A stretch of DNA of 64,000 nucleotides from Spirochaetia bacterium. GTDB taxonomy: Bacteria; Spirochaetota; Spirochaetia; DSM-16054; Sediminispirochaetaceae. Shown piece by piece: positions 21,521 through 33,397 of this stretch. The stretch's first letter is position 1; the number at the start of each line of letters is the position of its first letter. The notes under the pieces were generated by a model. That model searched no databases and was not told the origin of the DNA. It saw only the letters and a program-made list of their open reading frames with translations. The position numbers and the translations under genes are program-made. The DNA lies in assembly GCA_034520965.1 (NCBI GenBank), contig JAXHMY010000002.1:1-64000 (forward strand), given 5' to 3'.

Positions 21521-22237
21521 CTATCCAGTTTGACGATATCTTGTCTCGTTTAGATATTCCATAAGAGCAGTATGGCAAGCGGATTCTATTTCAATAAAAT
21601 GGATTGCCATTTGACGGCTATTTCGGATAATTTTTATATCAATTTGGAAGGTTTTATCGCCTATACTCAAGCTGCAGCCTTTAATCTCTTCCCCTTCCAT
21701 AATATCTGCTGTAGCTTGAGGCATATCGGGATTAAAGTTCAGTCCTCCCAGGGAAATGTCGGTAATTGCTCCGGTAATTAGGGCGTAACTTCGGGGGTGG
21801 GTAAACGCAAAGTCCAGCCCTTCTGTCCAGGCACCCGGGTAGCGTTTATCAGACCTTGGTTCAGATAGAAAGTTATAACGGGCAAAAATATCCTGTAGAT
21901 GCTGTATAGCTTCATCCTTAAGCTGAGAATCGACCATTCCATTTACTTCCAAAACAGAGGCTTTGGAGGCCTCTTCAGTACTGAAATTATCACCTGTAAG
22001 CAGAATAAACACAGACTCTTCCTTATTCTGCTTCCCCCGCAGCAAGCGTATAAAGGGCTTCCAATGGCGGGGGAAATCTTCAGCGCTAAAAAGAACTAAG
22101 TCAGGATTTATCTCATCGATATTATCAAGAGCCTTTACCGGATTAAGGTAATGAATAAAATCAAAACCAAGGGGTGTAAGATGCTGGATAATCCGTTCAC
22201 TGGTATCCTGGTCTTCAATTACTAAAACTGTCTTCAT
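21521..22237 (-). CDS. Receiver-like N-terminus plus PilZ domain protein
   Basis: RSDKRY (RxxxR) and DISLGG (DxSxxG) c-di-GMP-binding motifs. REC-like start VLVIEDQ. Confidence 0.8.
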   Translation of the reverse strand: MKTVLVIEDQDTSERIIQHLTPLGFDFIHYLNPVKALDNIDEINPDLVLFSAEDFPRHWKPFIRLLRGKQNKEESVFILLTGDNFSTEEASKASVLEVNGMVDSQLKDEAIQHLQDIFARYNFLSEPRSDKRYPGAWTEGLDFAFTHPRSYALITGAITDISLGGLNFNPDMPQATADIMEGEEIKGCSLSIGDKTFQIDIKIIRNSRQMAIHFIEIESACHTALMEYLNETRYRQTG

Positions 22238-23177
22238 TCTTGATTTCCCTGACCTAGTACCTGATAGTTATAAATGACCCAATAGCCTTCGGGTCGATGT
22301 AAATAGTACACGTAACGGCGCTTTTCTGTAAAGTTAGGGTATTTGAACTCCTGGTCTACAAGCACGCTGGCCTCTTCGGGGGTATATTCAGTTTTTAATA
22401 CCTTATACTCAGTCGGTTTTATAAGGATATCGGTATCAACCATTTCGTTCTTCAACAGCTCATAATACTCGTCCACCATTCTTATTCGTTCACGCTCAGA
22501 ACTGCGCCTGTAGGTGGCCTTTTTAAGAGGGTTCTGCAGCATTAACTGTTCCACATCAAGGTAGAGAAAAAACTTCTCCCATTCGTTATTCTGACGGGCA
22601 TTCAACATATACTCCACTACTTGATCCGGCGGCAGCTGATGTTTTTGAAGTACCCGTCGAGTGGTATCTACGATATCACTGCGATACTCACTGTCCGGTT
22701 CAAGAGAAGGCTGAACATGAAGAGTCAGGGTATTGGACTCCAGGGATGCCTTATTTTCAAGGTGCGGTGAGAATTCGGCCTTGAAAAAATATATACCCGG
22801 AGAATCCATCTGTACGTACTCCGACGCTTCAACAAAAAAGGAGAACTTCTCGCCCGGAAGTAAGCGTATTTCTCGATAGTAGACTTGTTGATTGGAACTC
22901 TTCTCTCTGATATACTTTTCCGAGGCTGGTAAGGTTTCGTTGTACAGATTTGTTACATTCAAGGATAAATTGAAAAGCTTATTCTCGGCAAGTTCAAATA
23001 AAAACGGCTCGGGGGATTCGTTACGCACACTTACTTGCAGTTCAACCGGCGTGTTTGGCGTATAATCTGCTTTTCAGTCTCCTCAATGCGGAGATCGACT
23101 CCCTGTGCATGAGTGACAGCCAATAGGGGTGACAAGCTCATAAAAGTAAATAGATAAATGAATAACATTCGTTTCAC
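22234..23177 (-). CDS. Exported conserved hypothetical protein, frameshifted near 23030-23070
   Basis: Signal-peptide-like VKRMLFIYLFTFMSLSPLLA in ORF 23031..23273, continued by ORF 22234..23028. Confidence 0.6.
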
Positions 23178-23218
23178 GTTAACTCTCCCATACTCATTAC
23201 TATCTTCGGTACAAAAAA

Positions 23219-26200
23219 ATGATAACATTATTCCAAAATAAACTGAATAAGCGACTTGATACATATAACCCATTTATAGAGCTTTTACGTAACTTTCGAC
23301 AGAAAGAGTTCTCCTTAACCGTCGAGGGCACGGAAGGTTTCTTTTTTGCATTGGTAGTTGAGCGATTGTTTCGTTATTCTGAGAGCCCATTTTTAATCGT
23401 TACACCTACTGAGCAGGAAGCAGAAACCCTGGTACGCGATCTGTCGATGTTCACCGATCGGGCTTACCAGTTTCCGTGGTGGAACAGTGTGCCCTACGGG
23501 GCAAAACACACACAGCTTAATATCGCCGGAAAAAGAATGGGCCAACTGGTCCAGATGATTTCTGGTGAACCTTTTATAGCAGTAGCATCACTGCGGGCCT
23601 TTCTGACCCCCTTGCCGCCACCCGAGTTTATTCGTTCTAAACTGCTCAAATTAAAGGTAGGTCAGGAGTTTGACCCGGTACAGCTTACAGAAACCCTTCA
23701 AAGCTACAGGTACTTACGGGTTCCAAGGGTGACCGTGGCAGGGGAGTTTGCACTGCGCGGTGAGGTATTAGACCTTTTTCTACCGGGGGATGAGCAGGCA
23801 ATCCGAATTGTGTTTGAATGGGACCAGATAGAGGAGATCCGAAGTTTTGACCCCTTATCACAGAGCTCAACGGGTAAACTAAAAGAGGTCACTCTGTATC
23901 CCGTCAGTGAAGTTGTCTGGGATGAAGACTCTAAGCATAAACTCAAGGAATTACTGCCGAAGGCCGAGAGTCTTCACGATGAGTTAGAATCGGAAAATCA
24001 ATGTAACGATGAAGTGTACTTTTTCCCCGCCACCTTTGAAAAACCGGCGGCTATCTCCGATTATCTTGACAGCCACGCCACCCCCAGTCTCCGCTGCACC
24101 GATGATCGCTTAGCCAACGGCTGCGAGTCCCTTCAGAAAGAGTATAGCGGTCTGTTCAGAGAGGCAAAAATTAAACGCCGGCCGGCTCTGCGCCCCGAGT
24201 ATCTTATCCACCGCTTTGAAAACTTAGAAGCTGCTCATCATCGAACCATTCATGTGCCGGTGCTGCGGGATACCCAGAAGAAGCGAATCCGCTTCTCCTA
24301 CGAAGGTCCGCGCTCTTTTTTCGGTAATATCAGTTACCTTAAAAGCGAACTCGAATCCCTTGTAGAGAATGGATATGACATCACTATTTGTGCCGAAACC
24401 AATTCACAAGCCCAGAAAATAGAACACCTCCTGCGCGAACTTGATGTGGCGGTAATTGCATCACCGATTTCTTCCGGATTTTCCATTCCTGAGTTCAAGA
24501 TGATGGTGGTCCAGGAAAATGAAATTTTCGGGCGCCGCCGCAGACCCCCCGCCTCGGTTAAAAAAGCAAAGACAGCGGTGATCGACACCTTTGTAGAGTT
24601 GAACCCCGGAGATTTTGTGGTTCATGTGAATTATGGGATGATAAGATGATAAGGATGACGGCGGATAACGGCAGACCGGTACTGACGCTGATTATTGTTG
24701 CAGTGAAATAGCCAAAGGAACTCTTTAATTGCCTATTGAACCATGGATAGCGATATTGGTCAGGAAGGACGTGCACCCCGCTTAGATACCCTTGGCGGAA
24801 AATCCTGGGAGAGGCGAAAGGACAGGGTAAAAAAGTCGGTTGAAGATCTGGCGGAGCATCTTATTTCGCTGTACGCGAAGCGCAGAAGTGCTATAGGGCT
24901 TGCTTTTCCAGCAGATACCGATTGGCAGATTGAGTTTGAGGCGGAATTTCCGTACGAAGAAACCGAAGACCAGCTGCGGGCGATTGAGGATGTAAAAGCG
25001 GATATGGAAAAACCGGCCCCCATGGACCGCTTGGTGTGCGGCGATGTGGGCTACGGGAAAACCGAGGTAGCCATGCGGGCCGCCTTCAAGGCAGTTGTCT
25101 CCGGAAAGCAGGTTGCTTTCCTGGCGCCTACCACCATTCTGGCTGAACAACATTATGAAAATTTTCAAGAGCGGTTTAAACGCTATCCGGTAACAATCGA
25201 CATGATTTCACGGTTTGTACAAAAAAGCGAACAGAAAAAAGTACTCGAACGGGCCCATAACGGAAGTGTGGATGTACTCATTGGTACCCATCGCATACTA
25301 CAGAAGGATGTGCAGTTTAAGTCGCTGGGATTGTTGGTAGTCGACGAAGAAGCGGAGGTTTGAGAAGTCAAAGCCAAGGAGAGGCTGAAGGAGCTTCGAG
25401 CTTCCATAGACGCCCTCACTCTGTCCGCTACTCCAATCCCTAGAACCCTGCATATGTCTCTGCTCAAAATTCGTGATATGTCCCTGATTACTACCCCGCC
25501 AATGGACAGGCGCCCGATAGAAACCCACGTGGAGGAGTTTAACGAGGAACTCATAAGCGAGGCAATCCGCTATGAAGTAAATCGGGGAGGACAAGTCTTT
25601 TACCTACATAATCGGGTAGAGACCCTGAATCAGGTTTGTCAGTTCCTTGAAAGAATATTACCGGAGGTGCTTATAGAGACGGCACATGGTCAAATGACAA
25701 GCGTCCAGCTGGAAGATAAAATGCACCGTTTTGTGCACGGTTCTTTTCAAGTTCTGGTTGCAACCACCATAATTGAAAACGGTATCGATATACCCAATGT
25801 AAATACTATCATCATTGATAGGGCCGATATGTACGGAATTAGCCAGCTCTACCAGCTTCGCGGACGAGTAGGGCGATCGGATCGTACCGCTTATGCATAC
25901 CTCCTCTTCCCCGAACGGGGAGCACTATCGGAAATTGCCATGAAGCGTCTGCAAATTATTAGTGATTATACTGATCTTGGGTCAGGTTTTAAGGTTGCCA
26001 TGAAGGACCTCGAAGTGCGGGGTGCCGGGAACCTTCTTGGGCGACAGCAGCACGGTGAAATACTCTCGGTAGGCTTTGATATGTATCTTAGATTGCTGGA
26101 TGAAGCAGTAGCCGAATTGAGTGCCGGAGAAGAGAAAGAAGAAGCTCCTGAAGTATATTTAGAACTTGACTATTCCGGCTACATTCCGGATACCTATATT

Positions 26201-26587
26201 AAAAACGTTACTGAAAAAATGGAAATCTACAAAATGATTGCCTCCATCGAAACCGATACCGACTTAGAAAGAGTCTATGGTGAGTTAACCGACCGCTTTG
26301 GACCTATGCCGGACGAAGTACAGAGCCTCCTCTCTATTGCAGAGCTGCGGGTTATATGTAAAAAATTGTACATCCGCTCACTCCGGGAGCGGCGCGGTAA
26401 GGTGTATGTAGAATTTGGAAAAGTTTCGATTATAGCTGTGGACAAGGTATTGCGGCTGATTACTGAAAGCGGCGGGAGTGTGTCCTTAGATTCACAAAAT
26501 CCTAATATTCTTATGATGAATACCGAAGCGATCGGACTCAAGGAGAAGTCGGAATTTATTAGAGAAAAGTTACAGACTCTGCTATAA
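23219..26587 (+). CDS. mfd: Transcription-repair coupling factor (garbled at 24640-24745, frameshift near 25355)
   Basis: [63 protein letters not shown] tail. Confidence 0.95.
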
Positions 26588-26610
26588 TGGGTGCAAAAGA
26601 GGGGACGGGG

Positions 26611-28903
26611 ATGCGAAAAAAAACATTTGATTTGCTGTGCAATGTCGGAGAGCTGACCAGTCTTTTTCAGAAAAGTACAAATATCAAGGGGTTTGCTGCA
26701 TCTTACTGTAAAGATTATTTCCAAACATATGCAGACTGAAGCCTGTTCGATTTTTCTTTTAGAGGGAAGCTCCCAAAACTTAGTTCTGCGGGCAACCGTC
26801 GGCTTAAATGCCGATATGATCGGCAAACTGCGTCTGAATGTCGGAGAGGGAATTACCGGCACTTCTTTGAAGGAGTCAAAGCCCATTTGTGTTCCCCGCG
26901 GGTCCGAGGATCCGCATTTTAAGTATGTACAGGGTATTTTTGAAGAAAAATACGAAAGTTTTCTTGCAGTCCCCATTATCCAGTCATCAAAAAAATTGGG
27001 TGTAATTGTACTGGAAGATTCCCGTCCGGATTATTATAATAAGCACGATATTCGGACTTTATCTGCAATCGCCAGCCAGCTTGCAACCTTCCTTGAACAT
27101 GCCCGTATGTTGATTGAGCTGCGGAATACCACTAAACAGCATGATACTCCAGAGCATACAGAAAACAATCAGAAATTCTATCGCGGACGTCCGACCTCCT
27201 CCGGAATAGCCATGGGCCAGGCGGTTGTAGTAAGCGGGAGCGATGATAATAGCCTTTTAATACATGTAGGTGAAACTGAGTATCTTGAAAGCGAAGAGGA
27301 CTTTGATTATGCCCTGAAAAAAACCACCGATCAGCTGAAGGAGATTCAAGCACACCTGGATGAAAAGCTCTCCGAAGCAGGCTCTCTTATATTTGGCTCA
27401 CACTTGCTGATGTTAAGCGATGAAGATTTCTCAGGGAGTATGCGCCGGCACATACGCGAGGGTTTGCCGGCTGCAGAAGCGGTTGCAAAGGTAGTAAATG
27501 AATATGTGAACCTTTTTCTCAATTCACAAAATGAAAATACCCAGGATAAAATCCACGATGTAAAGGATCTCGGTCATCGCTTGTTAAGGAATCTGGCCGG
27601 CCACGACGTTGAAGATGGCGACTATTCAGGGCGGATGACTTGATTCGGTCGAACTGGCTGCCTCGGAAATCGTAAAGCTGTTCCGGCACAGAAGCCGAAG
27701 GGTCTGTTGTGTACGGCGCGGGCGAAACTAGTCATACCGATCTCGGAGCTCGTTCAGGCGAAGCAGCCACCGCGCCGCCTTCCGACAACGAGTTTGCTGT
27801 CGGCGCGTAAATGGAAAGTTCCTGATTCTCGACTGCAGTACCAGGCGTACTTGAATCGTCGAGCCGGAGGACGCCAGCTCGATCGATCGCTATGTAGGCT
27901 CTTGAAAAAGAGGATGAGCTCCAGAATGAAAAGAAACCGGAAATTGAGAGTCCATCCACCAGCTGCACCACTTATGATGGTACCACAATTGAACTCTTAG
28001 CCAAGTCCGATCTTCTGAAGCGATGCGAATGTCTCGCCCTGTCGTGCAGGCACCAGCGGAGTAGGTCTGTATCGCAGTGAGTATATGTATCTCATTCGAA
28101 ACGATTTTCCTCCGGAAGAAGAACAGGTTATCATTTATAAAAAACTTATCAACGAAATGGACCCTGTATATTTTCGTACTCTCGATATCGGGGGCGATAA
28201 AATGCTCTCGATTGCCAACATCGGCCAAGAAGCAAACCCCTTTATGGGCTTGCGTGCAATACGTTATTCCTTTAAGCACATTGACACCCTGAAGACACAA
28301 CTGCGTGCCTTGCTTCGGGCAAGCGCTCAAGCAGACCTAAATGTCATGTTTCCGTTGATTGCGGGAGTCGAAGATTTTATAAAAGCCCGGGAAATTACCA
28401 TGCAGGCAATTCAGGAATTAGCCCGGGAAAAACTGAGTCACAACTCCGCGCCCTCTTTTGGGGCGATGATTGAACTCCCCTCAGCAGTTACCATGGTACG
28501 TCAGTTGGCGAAAGAGGCCGATTTTCTAAGCATTGGATCGAACGATTTGGTTCAGTATATTCTTGGAGTTGACCGCACAAACGAGAATGTTGCCGATTTG
28601 TATTCTGTGCAACATCCAGCAGTGTTGAGGGCTTTCAAGCGCATAGCCGAGGCGGGAGAAACTGAAGACTGCATAATTTCAGTATGCGGCGATGCCGTCG
28701 CCGAGCCGGCCATGCTTACTTTTTTTATTGGAATTGGAATTACAAATTACAGTGTGGACCCGCGAATGATAGAACTCGTCCGCAATCATATTGACGCTTT
28801 AGACAGAAATGAAGCGGCCGCCCATGCAGAAAAGTTGCTTGCCCTTGAAACAAATTCTGAGGTAAGCGAATATATTGAGGCTCACTCTCAAGTTGTTTTT
28901 TGA
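26611..28903 (+). CDS. ptsP: GAF-domain PEP-protein phosphotransferase (Enzyme I-Ntr-like), frameshifted and garbled at 27640-28080
   Basis: N-terminal GAF (ACSIFLL…LRATVGL…GEGITG), GETSH phospho-His at about 27721, RTLDIGGDK, EANPFMGLRAIR, SIGSNDLVQY, SVCGD. Confidence 0.88.
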
Positions 28904-29618
28904 GGAACAGGTTCACCATATTGAAGGATTGCGAAGAATTCGCAGTTTTGTAAGACGCAACGGCCGTTTAAGTGCGGCGCAAGAGCACGCTCTTACCCAT
29001 TACCGTAGCAACTACTGTATTGATCTTGCAGACTCAATTTTGGACTATGAGGGCATTTTCAACAACAACAATCCTGTTATTGTTGAAATAGGGTTCGGAA
29101 TGGGTCACGCAACCATCGAATTGGCAGAAAAGTTTCCTACTTATAACTTTTTAGGAATTGAGGTACATACCCCCGGAGTGGGGAAGGTGCTGGATCAAAT
29201 CCATAAACGTCAATAAGAATTTAAAAGTACTGCAAGCCGATGCAGTTGATGTGCTGGAACAGATGATTCCGCAGAACTCAGTAACAGGTTTTCATATTTT
29301 TTTTCCTGACCCGTGGCCTAAAAGTATCATAAAAACTATGGCTGCTGCAGTCTGAGTTTGTCCAGATCGAACACTTTGCGCTTATGTACCGGAGGATACA
29401 TTTATGCTGCTACAGATTGGGAGGAGTACGCCGAACAGATGTTAAAGGTTGTTTCAGAAGAGCCTCTGCTATTAAATCCTTTTAATGGGTTTGCCTCTGA
29501 TATTGATTGGCGGCCAAAAACCAGTTTTGAACGCAAGGGAGAGGCCAAGCAGCACCACATAAGGGAAGTGTGGGCAGAAAAAATCCAAGATGAGAATAAG
29601 AAAAGTGTAGATTGTTGA
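28875..29618 (+). CDS. trmB: tRNA (guanine-N7)-methyltransferase (frameshifted; start uncertain)
   Basis: [48 protein letters not shown]. Confidence 0.92.
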
Positions 29619-29680
29619 ATATTTATAAAAAACATGCAATATTGATGCAATAATATGCAAACTGCAAGGAGGGTACCGAG

Positions 29681-31039
29681 ATGAAAGAGGATAAGTGGAT
29701 TGATCTAAATAAGTATTCTGATCTAGTGGAAAAAAATAACCAGATCGACCCGGTATATTATACAAGGTATGAAGTAAAACGAGGTTTGCGCAACAACGAC
29801 GGCACAGGTGTGCTGGTAGGCCTCACACAAATTGGCGATGTACATGTGATATTGTTGATGAAAAAGAGAGAGTGCCGGTAGAGGGCCGTTTGCGGTACCG
29901 CGGTATAGAGTTAAAAGACCTCGTCTCCGGTATGCAGAATGAAAAACGTTTTGGCTTTGAAGAAACGGTGTATCTTCTGCTGTTTGGACAACTCCCAAAT
30001 AAAGACGAGCTGGAATCATTCAAAAGGCTTCTTGGAGAAAAACGCACCTTACCATCAGGTTTTACCGAGGATATGATCCTTACTGCGCCCAGTTCAAACA
30101 TAATGAATAAACTGGCACGCAGCGTACTGGCCTCTTATTCGTATGATAAGAATCCAGAAGACAACTCCATTGAAAATGTATTGCGCCAATCGATTGAGCT
30201 TATAGCCCGTTTCCCCACTTTTGTAGCATACGGGTATCAAGCCGCTCAGCATTATCATGAAAATAAGACACTGTACATTCATGCTCCCGATCCTGAGCTC
30301 AGCACTGCAGAAAATATTTTGCGTCTTATTCGACCCGACGGCTCTTATACTGATCTCGAGGCGGAACTGCTTGATCTTTCGCTGGTGCTGCACGCTGAAC
30401 ATGGCGGAGGAAACAATTCTGCCTTTTCAATCCATGTTGTTTCTTCCTCGGATACCGATACCTACAGTACGGTAGCCTCTGCCGTTGGTTCGCTTAAGGG
30501 AACTAAGCATGGTGGAGCCGCCCTCAAAGTTCGTCAGATGATGGATAACATAAAGCAAAATGTGAAAGAATGGGAAGATGAAGAAGAGGTAGCGGCCTAC
30601 ATTGAGCAGATTCTGCGCAAAGAGGCTTTTGACCAGAAAGGTCTTATCTACGGAATGGGTCATGCGGTTTATACTTTATCCGATCCCCGGGCTGTGTTAT
30701 TGAAGGGCAAGGCGAAGGACTTGGCAAAGGAGAAAGGCTATACCCGAGAATTAGATTTGTATGATAAGGTGGAGCGTCTTACTCCTTCTATTTTCAGGAG
30801 AGTCAAAAAGCTCCGATAAGGTGATTTCCGCTAATGTAGATTTCTATTCCGGTTTTGTATACCATATGCTCGATATCCCGGTAGATCTGTTTACACCTAT
30901 TTTTGCGGTTGCACGTATCGCCGGCTGGACCTCTCATAGAATAGAAGAAATTATCAACGGCCGCCGGATACTCCGTCCCGCCTACAAACATATTCGAAAG
31001 GATGCAATGACCTATGTACCGATAAAGGACCGAAAATAA
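29681..31039 (+). CDS. gltA: Citrate synthase (frameshifted)
   Basis: KRGLRNNDGTGV, LHAEHGGGNNS, GTKHGGA, YGMGHAVY…DPRA, NVDFYSG, FAVARIAGW. Confidence 0.92.
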
Positions 31040-31106
31040 GGGCATGTACGGTGCGGTCATGAATAACCGGCAATGAGAAAACAACAGTGAGTACCGAAAA
31101 AAGCGA

Positions 31107-31137
31107 AAAAAAAGGCGGGATTTTCCCGCCTTTTTTT
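31107..31137. terminator. Bidirectional intrinsic terminator between convergent gltA and the EF-G-like gene
   Basis: A-tract GGCGGGA-ttt-TCCCGCC T-tract. Confidence 0.85.
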
Positions 31138-31200
31138 ATTAGCTATTTAACATCTAAGATTGTAACCGATGCTATCGGTTTGTACTATAGCCGGGTGCCG

Positions 31201-33285
31201 TTACTCCCCATTTTTTGCTTCTTCCTTCGATTTTGCAATTATTTCTTCAGCAATCTTACCGCGTACAGCTTCGTAGTGGTCGAACTCAAGTTCGAAAGAA
31301 CCAGTACCGGAAGTGATAGAACGTAAGTCAATTGCATAGCGCAGCATCTCAGCCTGAGGTACTTCTGCATTTACCTGCATAATACCGCCACCAAGGTCCT
31401 CCTGGCCGTGTACCCGCCCACGTTTTGAACTCAGGTCGGACAGAATATCTCCAAGGTATTGGTTGTCAACAAAAACCCGTAGGTTCATCATTGGTTCAAG
31501 CAGCACAGGGTCGGCTTTTCCAAGGGCCTCCTTAAGGGCGCCTTTCCCGGCTTGTTTAAATGCCATTTCTGAACTGTCTACCGGGTGCTCTTTTCCGTCG
31601 ACAATGGTCGCGCCGATGTCGACCAAAGGGTAGCCGGCCAGGTATCCTTCTTCCATTCCCTCGCGCAAGCCCTTCTCAATACCGGGCATATATCCCTTTG
31701 AAACAGCCTGCCCACGTATTGCGTTCTCAAAACTGAACTGTTCTCCCCTTTCAAGAGGGCGAATTTCAATCACTACCCGGCCAAACTGTCCGTGACCACC
31801 GGTCTGCTTTTTATGAGTATATTCTGCGCCGGCAGGTTTGGTGATTGTTTCTCGGTATGCAACTCTGGGAGTTTTGGTATAAATATCTAGTTTCTGTTTC
31901 TCTTTAATGCGGTTTAGGATCATGTTGATATGCAGTTCTCCCATACCTGAAATTACGCTTTCCTTGGTTTCCGCATTGAAGGTAACATTGAAGGTAAGAT
32001 CTTCTTCGGTAATGCGATGAAGAAAATCGTTCAGCTTATCTTCAGAATTTCTATCTGCGGCGATTACTGTAAGTGCATATACCGGATGGGGAAGGGCTAA
32101 GGGCTTCAGACGAATGCGTCGTTCGGGAGAACAGAGGGTATCATTGGTGTGAAGTGATTCTACCTTCGTTATAACCCCGATGTCACCGGCAACCAGCTCT
32201 TTTACCTCATTAAGTTTTCGCCCGTTGGCTTTGAACACTTTTGTGATTTTCTCTTTTTTATCTTCCCGATAATTTAAAGTTTCTGTATCAGCCGACAATA
32301 CACCGTCAATCACCTTGATAAAAGAAAGTTTACCGGAGAATTGGTCAATGCTTGTTTTAAACACAATGCTACAGAAGGGTTCGTCCGAGCTGAAGGGCAG
32401 TTCAATTTCATTTTCTTCTTTGTCAAAGGCCAATTCTTTATATGTTGCCGGAGAAGGGGCGTTATTTATCAGAAAATTGAGAAGGGAAGTTACTCCATTG
32501 TTCAACTCAGCACTTCCACAAAGTACCGGTACTATCTTATTATCTCGAAGTCCTTCCAACAATCCTTTACGTATTTCATCTTCAGTAAGCGTTCCCTCTT
32601 CAAAGTACTTTTCCATAAGTTCATCGTCGCCTTCGGCAGCAGATTCGATCATGGTTAAACGATACTCTTGAACCTGTTCCATCATGTCGTCGGGTATTTC
32701 ACTTGGTTGATCCTTGGCAACCTTGTCATGAACTAGATACGCTTTGTTTTCAATAAGATTTACAACCCCCTTGAAATCGGTGCCGCTTCCTATTGGAATT
32801 GTCACAGGAACAAAGGTTTTATCAAACTTCTCATTTAAGTCGCTGAAGGTTGTATCAAAACTGGCCCTGTCTACATCCAGCCTGTTGATAAATACAGTAC
32901 GGGGCATCTTTCTGTTATCCAGACGTCTCCATAGCTTTATTGTTTCAATCTGAACACCAGAACGTGCTCCTACTACCATCAAGGCCGACTCAGCTGCTCT
33001 CAGGGTTGCAACTACTTCACCAACAAAATCTGCGATACCCGGAGTATCCAGAAGGTTCAATTCATGGTCATTCCATTCAACATGTGCAAGCGCTGTATGA
33101 ATTGAAATTTGACGTTCAATTTCTTCATCAGTATAGTCACTTACTGTTTTGCCTGTATCAGTTGCCTCGGCTTTGGGAATAACACCACCATTATACAATA
33201 TTTGTTCTAATAAGGTGGTTTTCCCGGTGCCGCTGTGCCCAATGATAGCTACGTTTTTAATGTCAGCGGTGGTAAAACTCATCAT
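31201..33285 (-). CDS. fusA: Elongation factor G-like protein (divergent EF-G II type)
   Basis: GHSGTGKTT G1, RQISI G2, DTPG, NRLD G4, GMGELH, KQTGGHGQF, HPVDSSE. Confidence 0.88.
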   Translation of the reverse strand: MMSFTTADIKNVAIIGHSGTGKTTLLEQILYNGGVIPKAEATDTGKTVSDYTDEEIERQISIHTALAHVEWNDHELNLLDTPGIADFVGEVVATLRAAESALMVVGARSGVQIETIKLWRRLDNRKMPRTVFINRLDVDRASFDTTFSDLNEKFDKTFVPVTIPIGSGTDFKGVVNLIENKAYLVHDKVAKDQPSEIPDDMMEQVQEYRLTMIESAAEGDDELMEKYFEEGTLTEDEIRKGLLEGLRDNKIVPVLCGSAELNNGVTSLLNFLINNAPSPATYKELAFDKEENEIELPFSSDEPFCSIVFKTSIDQFSGKLSFIKVIDGVLSADTETLNYREDKKEKITKVFKANGRKLNEVKELVAGDIGVITKVESLHTNDTLCSPERRIRLKPLALPHPVYALTVIAADRNSEDKLNDFLHRITEEDLTFNVTFNAETKESVISGMGELHINMILNRIKEKQKLDIYTKTPRVAYRETITKPAGAEYTHKKQTGGHGQFGRVVIEIRPLERGEQFSFENAIRGQAVSKGYMPGIEKGLREGMEEGYLAGYPLVDIGATIVDGKEHPVDSSEMAFKQAGKGALKEALGKADPVLLEPMMNLRVFVDNQYLGDILSDLSSKRGRVHGQEDLGGGIMQVNAEVPQAEMLRYAIDLRSITSGTGSFELEFDHYEAVRGKIAEEIIAKSKEEAKNGE

Positions 33286-33307
33286 GTTCTCCTTTTATGA
33301 AATTGGG

Positions 33308-33397
33308 ATTATATACTTTAAAATCAGTTTGGAGAGTTGTCAATAAAAAAGTAATGGTTCAAACCATGGGGAATTGAAGCAGGGAGTCGAATTACCC
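33308..33397. repeat. ~90-bp direct repeat, left copy (target duplication of IS1634)
   Basis: Matches 35363-35453 except gagtcgaatt vs gagttcaaatt near the 3' end. Confidence 0.92.
33315..33343 (-). promoter_or_regulatory. Predicted sigma70 promoter of the EF-G-like gene
   Basis: Minus strand TTGACA-17 bp-TAAAGT, about 30 bp upstream of the AGGAG RBS and ATG. Confidence 0.65.

Noticed and set aside
24640..24745. Stop-rich stretch inside mfd as a possible insertion or intron
   Set aside because: Its length roughly matches the missing part of the RNAP-interaction domain, and it has no terminal repeats. It looks like low-quality consensus.
26275..26976. Longer antisense ORFs in the track (e.g. 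26275..26976, 45562..46335)
   Set aside because: They lie opposite well-supported genes and show no recognisable motifs, so they are treated as shadow ORFs.
27640..28080. Scrambled middle of ptsP as a separate gene or element
   Set aside because: Fragments of the expected EI sequence (GETSH, GVGLYRSE-like) persist in shifting frames, which indicates a garbled consensus.
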